Positions 1-6,649 of a stretch of DNA of 64,000 nt are shown piece after piece (the stretch's first letter is position 1; each line of letters opens with the position of its first letter). A program made the translations under genes and the position numbers. Under the pieces are notes generated by a model. That model searched no databases. It was not told where the DNA came from and was given only the letters and a program-made list of their open reading frames with translations. This stretch comes from Bryobacteraceae bacterium (GTDB taxonomy: Bacteria; Acidobacteriota; Terriglobia; Bryobacterales; Bryobacteraceae): contig DATMOC010000049.1 in NCBI GenBank assembly GCA_035568415.1, positions 28,246 to 92,245 on the forward strand, read 5' to 3'.

Positions 1-900
1 TCCCGCGAATACCATCGCTTTCAACGGCTCGAAACCGGGCAGGGGTTCAGCGGCGGGGTTTTCTTGATCGATGATGGTGTCGCCGATCTGGGCGTCGGAA
101 ACGGTTTTGATATTCGCGAAAACGAATCCGACTTCCCCGGCGGAAAGTTCGTCGCAAGGAATCGGTTTAGGCGACTGATAGCCGAGCCCCTCCACTTCGT
201 GGACGGATCCGTTGGCCCACAGCCGGATCTTCTGGCCTTTGCGCAGGTGGCCGGAAAAAACGCGCGTAAGAATGATGACGCCGCGATATGGGTCGAACCA
301 GGAATCGAAAATCAAGGCGCGCAGCGGATCGTCGGGCGATCCTTTCGGCTGCGGAACCAGGTGCACCACGGCTTCCAGCACTTCGTGAATTCCGACGCCG
401 TTCTTGGCGCTGGCGAGGATGGCGCCGCTCGCGTCGAGTCCGATGACGTGCTGGATCTGCTCGCGAATGCGGTCAGGCTCGGCCGAGGGCAGATCGATCT
501 TGTTGATGACCGGAATGATTTCCAGGTTGTGGTGCAGCGCCAGATAGGTGTTCGCCAGCGTCTGCGCTTCGACGCCTTGCGACGCGTCCACCACCAGCAG
601 CGCGCCTTCGCACGCCTGCAAGCTGCGCGAAACCTCGTAAGTGAAATCGACGTGGCCGGGCGTGTCGATCAGGTTTAGCTGATACATCTCTCCGTCATCG
701 GCTTTGTAATCCAGTCGGACGGCATGGGCCTTGATGGTGATGCCGCGTTCGCGTTCCAGGTCCATCGAATCGAGAACCTGCTCCATCATTTCGCGCTTGG
801 AGAGCGCGCCAGTGGTTTCGAGCAGACGGTCGGCGAGCGTCGATTTTCCGTGGTCGATATGCGCAATGATGCTGAAATTCCGGATATGCTGCGGGTCCAT
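1..900 (-). CDS. lepA: Elongation factor 4 (LepA), first 300 codons; gene continues past window start
   Basis: Reverse translation from ATG at 900 reads [27 protein letters not shown]...DTPGHVDF...NKIDL...[10 protein letters not shown]...[14 protein letters not shown]. These are the translational GTPase motifs with a LepA-type N-terminus. The frame is open to position 1 and is absent from the ORF track because there is no stop in the window. Confidence 0.9.
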   Translation of the reverse strand, partial: MDPQHIRNFSIIAHIDHGKSTLADRLLETTGALSKREMMEQVLDSMDLERERGITIKAHAVRLDYKADDGEMYQLNLIDTPGHVDFTYEVSRSLQACEGALLVVDASQGVEAQTLANTYLALHHNLEIIPVINKIDLPSAEPDRIREQIQHVIGLDASGAILASAKNGVGIHEVLEAVVHLVPQPKGSPDDPLRALIFDSWFDPYRGVIILTRVFSGHLRKGQKIRLWANGSVHEVEGLGYQSPKPIPCDELSAGEVGFVFANIKTVSDAQIGDTIIDQENPAAEPLPGFEPLKAMVFAG

Positions 901-959
901 GCGGCCTTTCCTTCATGATCGCAGATGAACGCCGATTCACGCAGCTAAAAAACGCTATC

Positions 960-1466
960 ATGATGCAGGAACAGCTTTTGTCGACAGATCAAATCAAGTG
1001 GGAACACGATGCCCGTGGCTTGAAGTTCGCCATCGTAGTGGCGCGTTTCAACGGCGCGATCACGGAGAAACTGCTGGAAGGAGCACAAAAGGCGCTGGAG
1101 CAAGCGGGCGCCGAGGGTGTCGAAGTGTTTCACGTTCCTGGAGCGTTCGAGTTGCCGCTGGCGGCGAAGCTGCTGGCGCATACGCACGCTTTTGACGCGA
1201 TCGTCGCGCTGGGCGCCGTCATCCGGGGGGAGACGCCACATTTCGATTTCGTCGCGGCGGAATCCGCGCGCGGATTGCAGCAGGTGGCGCTCGAGACGGG
1301 ACTGCCAGTCGCCTTCGGAGTGCTGACTACGGACACCGTGGAACAAGCCGAGGCGCGCGCGGGCACTTCGGGAAACAAGGGTTTCGACGCGGCGATGACT
1401 GCGATCGAGATGTCCCGCGTGGCTCGCGTCATCGCGCTGTCGGGCGCACGGGCCGCGCGGACGTAG
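960..1466 (+). CDS. ribH: 6,7-dimethyl-8-ribityllumazine synthase
   Basis: ORF 915..1466 contains [21 protein letters not shown]...[10 protein letters not shown]...[16 protein letters not shown], typical RibH. The classic ribH-nusB pair follows. I chose the start at the internal ATG ATG (960); 915 is an alternative. Confidence 0.88.
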   Translation: MMQEQLLSTDQIKWEHDARGLKFAIVVARFNGAITEKLLEGAQKALEQAGAEGVEVFHVPGAFELPLAAKLLAHTHAFDAIVALGAVIRGETPHFDFVAAESARGLQQVALETGLPVAFGVLTTDTVEQAEARAGTSGNKGFDAAMTAIEMSRVARVIALSGARAART

Positions 1467-1470
1467 CGTC

Positions 1471-1890
1471 ATGCCAGCACGTCATCGATCCCGCCAGCGC
1501 GCGCTTCAGGTGCTGTTCCTGTGGGACTTGCGCAAGCAACCCATCAACGAAGCTATTTCGTCGTTCTATGACACTTTGTCTTCCGAGGAAGACGAGCCGC
1601 AGCGAGCGCCCACGGACGAGTTCATGGAGGAGCTGGTGCGCGGGGCATCCGAGAAATCCTCCGACATCGACAAACGCATCAGCGAAAAATCCGAGCATTG
1701 GCGGCTGGAGCGCATGCCGGCGGTGGATCGCAACATTCTGCGCCTGGCGGTTTACGAAATGAACGAGATGAAGACGCCCGCGCCGGTGGTGATCGACGAA
1801 GCGCTGGAACTGGCGCGGCAGTTCTCCGGCGACGAATCGGTGTCGTTCATCAATGGCGTGCTGGACGCGGTGCACCGCGGCTCACTGTGA
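1471..1890 (+). CDS. nusB: Transcription antitermination factor NusB
   Basis: 139 aa with RHRSRQRALQVLF...MPAVDRNILRLAVYEM...PAPVVIDEALELAR..FINGVLD, and it lies directly after ribH. Confidence 0.9.
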   Translation: MPARHRSRQRALQVLFLWDLRKQPINEAISSFYDTLSSEEDEPQRAPTDEFMEELVRGASEKSSDIDKRISEKSEHWRLERMPAVDRNILRLAVYEMNEMKTPAPVVIDEALELARQFSGDESVSFINGVLDAVHRGSL

Positions 1891-2597
1891 ACGCTCTACG
1901 CGTGGTTCTGGTGGCCCCGCGGAATCCGCTGAACATCGGCGCGGCGGCGCGGGCGATGAGCAATTTCGGCGTTCCCCAGTTGCGGCTGGTGAATCCCTAC
2001 GACGTTGCGTTTCGCGAAGCACGGTCGGCGGTGAAGTCGCAAAAGGTTCTGACCGAAGCGAAGGAATTCGCGACGCTCGCCGAAGCAGTGGCGGATTGTG
2101 CGCTGGTGGTGGGCACCACTTCCAAGGGCCATCGAGCGTTGGAGCATCCGCTGCGACGCCTCGAAATGGGCGGCAAGCTGATCGCGAAGAAGCTTGTGAA
2201 CGCGCCCGTCGCGCTGCTGTTCGGGTCGGAAAAGTTCGGGCTGTCTAATGAGGACATGAGCCATTGCCACTGGCTGATGCGGATTCCGACACGCGAAGCG
2301 CACGAGTCGATGAATCTGGGTCAAGCGGTGGCAGTGTGTCTCTACGAGATCCTGCGCAGTCCAGTGGCGGCGCGCGCCAAACCCGAGCTGAAACACGCGG
2401 CGAAAGCGGACGATCTGGAGCGATTGACGGCGCTGCTGGAAGAAGTGCTGGAGAAATCCGGATACGTGCACGCGCGGGTGGAAGGCTCCACACGGATCAA
2501 GATCCGGCGGCTGGTGCGTCGCATGGATTTGAATACGCACGACGCGGAAGTCTGGCTGGGAATGCTGCGGCAGGTGCTGTGGAAGCTGGTATCCTGA
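1887..2597 (+). CDS. SpoU/TrmH-TrmJ family RNA 2'-O-methyltransferase
   Basis: GTG at 1887 overlaps the nusB stop (GTGA). Translation VNALRVVLVAPRNPLNIGAAARAMSNFG...LLFGSEKFGLSNEDM...IPTREAHESMNLGQAVAVCLYE matches the SPOUT knot motifs. The upstream part of ORF 1698..2597 overlaps nusB and looks non-coding. Confidence 0.8.
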   Translation: MNALRVVLVAPRNPLNIGAAARAMSNFGVPQLRLVNPYDVAFREARSAVKSQKVLTEAKEFATLAEAVADCALVVGTTSKGHRALEHPLRRLEMGGKLIAKKLVNAPVALLFGSEKFGLSNEDMSHCHWLMRIPTREAHESMNLGQAVAVCLYEILRSPVAARAKPELKHAAKADDLERLTALLEEVLEKSGYVHARVEGSTRIKIRRLVRRMDLNTHDAEVWLGMLRQVLWKLVS

Positions 2598-2614
2598 GTT
2601 TTCCAACTTTTCCA

Positions 2615-2845
2615 ATGACCAAAGTAACGCTGCACTACGATCTGCTCCGGCCGCTGACAGACGACGATCTGGCCAACATCGCGAAGGTCCATAGCACCTA
2701 TGGAATCGTGCGGGTGCAAGTTGCGCCAGCGCCCGATAAGATCACAGTGGATTACGACGCGTCGCGGCTGATGAAGAGCGACGTGGAAGCGGTGCTGGCG
2801 CGGCATGGGCTGCCGATCCGCACGAGGGCGCAAGTCGTCGCGTAG
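2615..2845 (+). CDS. Hypothetical small protein (76 aa)
   Basis: ATG at 2615 inside ORF 2264..2845. The sequence MTKVTLHYDLLRPLTDDDLANIAKVHSTYGIVRVQV...ITVDYDASRL has a non-low-complexity composition. No family recognised. Confidence 0.45.
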   Translation: MTKVTLHYDLLRPLTDDDLANIAKVHSTYGIVRVQVAPAPDKITVDYDASRLMKSDVEAVLARHGLPIRTRAQVVA

Positions 2846-2882
2846 TCTTCAGCGAATCCTCAGCGGAGAGACCGATACTCTT

Positions 2883-2948
2883 CTTGGCGACTTTGCGTCT
2901 TTGCGTGAAATTTTTAAGAGTCTCACGCAAAGACGCAAAGACGCCAAG
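2883..2948. repeat. Palindromic intergenic repeat, copy 1 (26-nt arms, 14-nt loop)
   Basis: Left arm CTTGGCGACTTTGCGTCTTTGCGTGA (2883-2908) and right arm TCACGCAAAGACGCAAAGACGCCAAG (2923-2948) are complementary at 25 of 26 positions. Related copies are at 28714-28795 and 31746-31772. Confidence 0.85.
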
Positions 2949-2958
2949 GAGAACCGTC

Positions 2959-3390
2959 ATGAAGATGCTGTGGATCGCGATGGCCGCGGGGACCATCTGT
3001 TTCGCGGATCAGAAGATCAAGCTGGAAGACATGCCGGCCGCCGTGCAGGCAGCAGTGAAAGAGCAGAGCAAAGGCGCCACTATCAAGGGATTTTCCAAGG
3101 AAGTAGAGCACGGAAAAACGTCCTACGAGGCCGAGATGACCGTGAACGGTCATGCCAAGGATGTGAGCTTTGACGCCGCAGGTAAAGTCGTCAGCGTCGA
3201 AGAAGAGACCAGTATCGATACGATTCCCGCGCCGACCCGAGACGCGATTCAGAAAGCGGTCGGGACTGGCAAACTGCAAAAGGTCGAAACAGTGACGGAA
3301 AACGGAAAGACGTTCTACGAAGCCGCCATCAAGACCGGCGCAAAGAGCAAGGAAGTGAAGTTCGACGCGGCCGGTAAGACTGTTAAGTAG
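2959..3390 (+). CDS. Secreted PepSY-like domain protein (two internal repeats)
   Basis: ATG 2959 is preceded by AAGGAG (2946-2951). Signal-like MKMLWIAMAAGTICFA. Two repeats are present: GKTSYEAEMTVNGHAKDVSFDAAGKVV and GKTFYEAAIKTGAKSKEVKFDAAGKTV. The PepSY_like assignment is from memory of the family pattern. Confidence 0.7.
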   Translation: MKMLWIAMAAGTICFADQKIKLEDMPAAVQAAVKEQSKGATIKGFSKEVEHGKTSYEAEMTVNGHAKDVSFDAAGKVVSVEEETSIDTIPAPTRDAIQKAVGTGKLQKVETVTENGKTFYEAAIKTGAKSKEVKFDAAGKTVK

Positions 3391-3877
3391 ATCTGAGCAA
3401 TCGCGCGCACGTTTCGGCGGCCCAGGGATGCGTGTGACTCCATGAGGCCCATACCGAGGCCGCCCATTTCATCAGCATCGCGTCGCGATCCGGACCCGGT
3501 GCCGCGTTGACGACGTCGAGCACCGTGAGGGCGGCGCGCTCGCGCGGCATTTCGAATGTCCCCCATTGCCGCTTGGTACGGCCCAGCTGCAGGTGCGCTA
3601 GTTGGGCTTGTCTTCCGGTGTATCCTTTTTCGATCGCCAGGTACAGTCCGATCAATGAGAACGCAATGCCGATGTTCGATTTCGATTCGACCATGTGCTG
3701 CGCTTGCCACGCGTCGACGGCATGTTGATGGATAAACTTCGGATCGCCGTGCGACAGCGTGTACGCGGATAACTCGCCAAACAGCGCCCAGCATTCGGCG
3801 GAGGCGTGGTAGCGCGTTTCCAGCGGCTTGCCGGTCGCAGGCTGCTCGACGCCGCAACCGGGACAAACCAAAGTCAC
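3383..3877 (-). CDS. Hypothetical protein with N-terminal CPGC motif
   Basis: 164-aa ORF with non-repetitive composition. Its start overlaps the ridA stop by 4 nt. Family not recognised with confidence. Confidence 0.6.
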   Translation of the reverse strand: MTLVCPGCGVEQPATGKPLETRYHASAECWALFGELSAYTLSHGDPKFIHQHAVDAWQAQHMVESKSNIGIAFSLIGLYLAIEKGYTGRQAQLAHLQLGRTKRQWGTFEMPRERAALTVLDVVNAAPGPDRDAMLMKWAASVWASWSHTHPWAAETCARLLRST

Positions 3878-4257
3878 TTGGGCTTGTACGCGACGCAGTC
3901 GATTTCGACGCGCATGTCGCTAACGAATTCGCACACCACGGTGGTTCGGGCGGGGCGGTTCACGCCGAAGAATGCAGCATACACTTCATTCATCGCCTGG
4001 AACTCGCTGCCGTCTTTCAAAAAGACGGAGCACTTGACCACGTCCGCCGCCGATGCTCCGCAGGCTTCGAGAATGCGCTTGATATTCGAGAGGACCAGAC
4101 TGGTCTCGTGTTGAATATCGCCCTTCGAGAGCTTGTCGGTAATCGGATCGATGGGGCCCTGCCCGCTCACGTAAATGAAATCGCCGGCGCGGACGGCAGG
4201 CGAATAGGGACCGCGCGGAGCGGGAGCATTGTGCGGAAAGATGCGCTCGATGCTCAT
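3874..4257 (-). CDS. ridA: RidA/YjgF family reactive-intermediate deaminase
   Basis: 127 aa with APAPRGPYSPAVRAGDFIYVSGQGPIDP...NIKRILEACGASAADVVKCSVFL...FQAMNEVY...PARTTV...RVEIDCVA, typical of the YjgF/RidA family. Confidence 0.9.
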   Translation of the reverse strand: MSIERIFPHNAPAPRGPYSPAVRAGDFIYVSGQGPIDPITDKLSKGDIQHETSLVLSNIKRILEACGASAADVVKCSVFLKDGSEFQAMNEVYAAFFGVNRPARTTVVCEFVSDMRVEIDCVAYKPK

Positions 4258-5576
4258 TCGGGTTTCTTCCTGCGCGGACGCCGCTGCGGACCGCTGCCGG
4301 GAGACTTGGGCGGACGTTTTCGCGCGGGAGCCCGCTTGGGTTTGGCGGGCGGAGGATTCGGCTCGAAGATGGTCGGCTGGCCTTCCACGTAGGGCTGAGG
4401 CTCGTCTTCTTCTTCCTCGATCTCGTGAACAGCTTCAGGCTCGGGCTTGGGCGGCTCGGCGGGTGGATAAAACTCCGCGCCCAGATACACCAGCATGCCT
4501 TGTTCCTCGTGCGGCTCCAGGCGAACCACGGTCTTGTCCTGCGCGTAGTTGAGGAACTCGGAGAATTGCTGGAATCCGTACGCGGTCGGATCGAAGTTGG
4601 GCTGTTCGGCGCGGAAGGAGTGTTCCAGGTCCTCGATCGGGCATCCATTTTCGATTTCGAGGCGATGATTCTCCAGGACGTCGCGCAACGGCGGCAGCAA
4701 ATCTTCGGGTTTGAGATTCGCGCGCTCCGGCGTCGACGAGCCCTTGCGCTCGATGATGTAGCGTCCGCCGGTTCCACTGACGTTGACCAATTCGGCGCGC
4801 TTTAACTTTTCCACGAAATCGGAAAAGCTGGAGGCGCCGTAAGCGCGTTCGTTGAAGGCGGGGTCGAGCTGCAGCATGGTGGACTTGAGAAGTCCGAGCT
4901 GCGGCTGGACGGCGCGCCGTTCCAGGACTTGCAGAGCGCGCTCCACCAGGGCCATGGACTGGCCCAGTTCGAGCGGAGCGGGACGCTGGCGGCGATCGCC
5001 ACGGTCGGGCCGGTCGCCGCGTTCGGGACGATCTGGCCGGTCGCCACGCCCGCGCGGCACGCGCACTTCTTGCGGCAGGGTAATCATCGGACGATCCGGA
5101 GCGTCCGACATCAGCGATTCGAAGCTGATGAACTCGTGACAGTTCTGCTGAAGAATAGTCGAGGTGAAGGCTTTTCCTCCGACGACAAACACGGTTTTGC
5201 CGTATTCCTTCAGCTTGTTGACCAGCGGGATGAAGTCGGAATCGCCGCTGACGATGGCGAAGGCGTTCACGTGGGTATGGGTGAAGGCCATCTCCAGAGC
5301 GTCGAGCGCGAGGTTGATGTCGGCGCCGTTCTTATCGCCTCTTGGCGAGGGGATGCGCTGGACCATCTGGACCGCGTTTTCGGCCATCTGGCGCGTCGCG
5401 CCGTCCTGGCGTCCCCAATTGGCGTAGGCGAACTTGGCGACAATGTCGCCACGCTCCTTGAGCGCATCCAGCGCCAGGGAGACGTCGAACTCGCGTCGAA
5501 GGGTCGATTTGAGTCCGATCTCGATGTTGTCGTAATCGACGAACACCGCAATATTCAATTTATCTTGCATCTGCAT
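4254..5576 (-). CDS. NYN (LabA-like) domain protein with two OST-HTH/LOTUS-like modules and a basic Pro-rich tail
   Basis: The N-terminus NIAVFVDYDNIEIG...AFAIVSGDSDFIPLVNKLKEYGKTVFVVG is the NYN motif set. It is followed by two ~60-aa modules (..YGASSFSDFVEKL.. and ..YGFQQFSEFLNYA..) resembling OST-HTH. Confidence 0.85.
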   Translation of the reverse strand: MQMQDKLNIAVFVDYDNIEIGLKSTLRREFDVSLALDALKERGDIVAKFAYANWGRQDGATRQMAENAVQMVQRIPSPRGDKNGADINLALDALEMAFTHTHVNAFAIVSGDSDFIPLVNKLKEYGKTVFVVGGKAFTSTILQQNCHEFISFESLMSDAPDRPMITLPQEVRVPRGRGDRPDRPERGDRPDRGDRRQRPAPLELGQSMALVERALQVLERRAVQPQLGLLKSTMLQLDPAFNERAYGASSFSDFVEKLKRAELVNVSGTGGRYIIERKGSSTPERANLKPEDLLPPLRDVLENHRLEIENGCPIEDLEHSFRAEQPNFDPTAYGFQQFSEFLNYAQDKTVVRLEPHEEQGMLVYLGAEFYPPAEPPKPEPEAVHEIEEEEDEPQPYVEGQPTIFEPNPPPAKPKRAPARKRPPKSPGSGPQRRPRRKKPE

Positions 5577-5602
5577 TCTTTCTTCGGCGATGCGGCCGCT
5601 GA

Positions 5603-6031
5603 TTAGGCGGTCTGCTTCACCGAGCTGCGGATGAACTCCACAATCTGTTCGAGGGAGGCGCCGGGTTGATACACGGCGGCGACGCCCTGACGCTTCAATT
5701 GTGCGGCATCCTCATCGGGGACGATTCCGCCCACAATGACGATGACGTCGTTCATCTGTTTTTCTTTAAGCAACTCCATCACGCGAGGCACGATGGCGTT
5801 GTGCGCGCCCGAGAGGATCGAGAGTCCGATGACTTGAACGTCCTCTTGCAGCGCGGCGTTAACGATCATTTCCGGAGTCTGGCGCAGGCCGGTGTAAACG
5901 ACCTCCATACCGGCATCGCGTAACGCCCGGGCGATTACTTTTGCGCCCCGGTCGTGACCGTCGAGGCCGGGCTTGGCGACCAACACCCGGATTTTATGAT
6001 CCATATTGGAGATAGAGACTTGTTCCGCCAT
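5603..6031 (-). CDS. Stand-alone cobalamin (B12)-binding domain protein, methylmalonyl-CoA mutase C-terminal-domain type
   Basis: [42 protein letters not shown]...[10 protein letters not shown] contains the DxHxxG B12-binding signature. The start is uncertain (6031 or 6004; the ORF track gives 6061). Confidence 0.85.
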   Translation of the reverse strand: MAEQVSISNMDHKIRVLVAKPGLDGHDRGAKVIARALRDAGMEVVYTGLRQTPEMIVNAALQEDVQVIGLSILSGAHNAIVPRVMELLKEKQMNDVIVIVGGIVPDEDAAQLKRQGVAAVYQPGASLEQIVEFIRSSVKQTA

Positions 6032-6122
6032 CTTCAGTTCGAAGGCGGTGGAACACCTCATTTAGATTATAGCCTCAATGCGGCTGGTTGCTGGCTGCCT
6101 GGATACGGGGTAGGTTGGAGAT

Positions 6123-6347
6123 ATGACGCTGGAAGCCATCAAGGAAGCGATTGAGCACCTCTCGCCCGACGAGCAGTCCGAACTCGCCGGCTGGATCAGC
6201 GAACGTGAATGGGACGTCTGGGACGAGCAGATCGAGAAGGATTTCGCGCCGAATGGCCGCGGGGCGCGGATACTCGCGGAACTCGAACGGGAAATTGCCG
6301 AAGGCCAGAGCCGGCCGCTCGATGAAGGCCTTTCGAAGCGAAAGTGA
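6123..6347 (+). CDS. Putative antitoxin / addiction-module component
   Basis: 74-aa acidic helical protein (..AIEHLSPDEQSELAGWI..). Its stop overlaps the GTG start of a RelE/ParE-like toxin gene (GTGA at 6344-6347). Confidence 0.55.
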   Translation: MTLEAIKEAIEHLSPDEQSELAGWISEREWDVWDEQIEKDFAPNGRGARILAELEREIAEGQSRPLDEGLSKRK

Positions 6348-6604
6348 GCTTCGAATCGCGCGCGCTCCCCAGGTTCTGGAAGTGTTTCGACCAACTACCA
6401 CCGGCAATTCAGTTACTTGCGCACAAGCAGTACGCGCTGTTCCTTACAAATCCGCAGCATCGTTCTTTGCGGCTCAAGCAGGTTGGACCATTTTGGTCGG
6501 TTAGGATCTCGCGATCCTATCGGGCGCTCGCGTTGCGGAAACAAGATCAGTTCGTCTGGTTCTGGATCGGAACACATCGCGAATATGAAACGATCATCAA
6601 GTAG
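6344..6604 (+). CDS. RelE/ParE-superfamily toxin
   Basis: 86 aa ending ..RISRSYRALALRKQDQFVWFWIGTHREYETIIK, the C-terminal W-I-G-x-H-x-E-Y pattern seen in RelE/ParE-fold toxins. It is the second gene of a two-gene overlapping pair. Confidence 0.7.
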   Translation: MSFESRALPRFWKCFDQLPPAIQLLAHKQYALFLTNPQHRSLRLKQVGPFWSVRISRSYRALALRKQDQFVWFWIGTHREYETIIK

Positions 6605-6649
6605 ACGCCGGATGCCAGCCTGGACGTTGTATCCTGGAAGTAAATCCTT

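Noticed and set aside
901-959. FMN riboswitch upstream of ribH, and TPP riboswitch upstream of thiE/thiL.
   Set aside because: The lepA-ribH gap is at most 59 nt. The thiE upstream gap is 28 nt and thiL overlaps its upstream gene. All are far too short for either riboswitch, and no conserved cores were seen.
1698-1886. N-terminal extensions offered by the ORF track. Examples: 1698 for the methyltransferase, 30290 for the PQQ-like protein, 35774 for DUF1345, 36785 for the GNAT protein, 39331 for rlmI, 53513 for the O-methyltransferase, 54250 for thiL.
   Set aside because: The extensions overlap the preceding gene and are Arg/Pro-rich. In each case a start codon with a 4-8 nt overlap to the upstream stop begins exactly where family homology or a signal peptide begins.
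4983-5057. Tandem GDRPDR-type DNA repeats inside the NYN gene, considered as a VNTR or non-coding repeat.
   Set aside because: They are in frame, flanked by well-defined domains, and form a charged linker. I treat them as coding low-complexity sequence.
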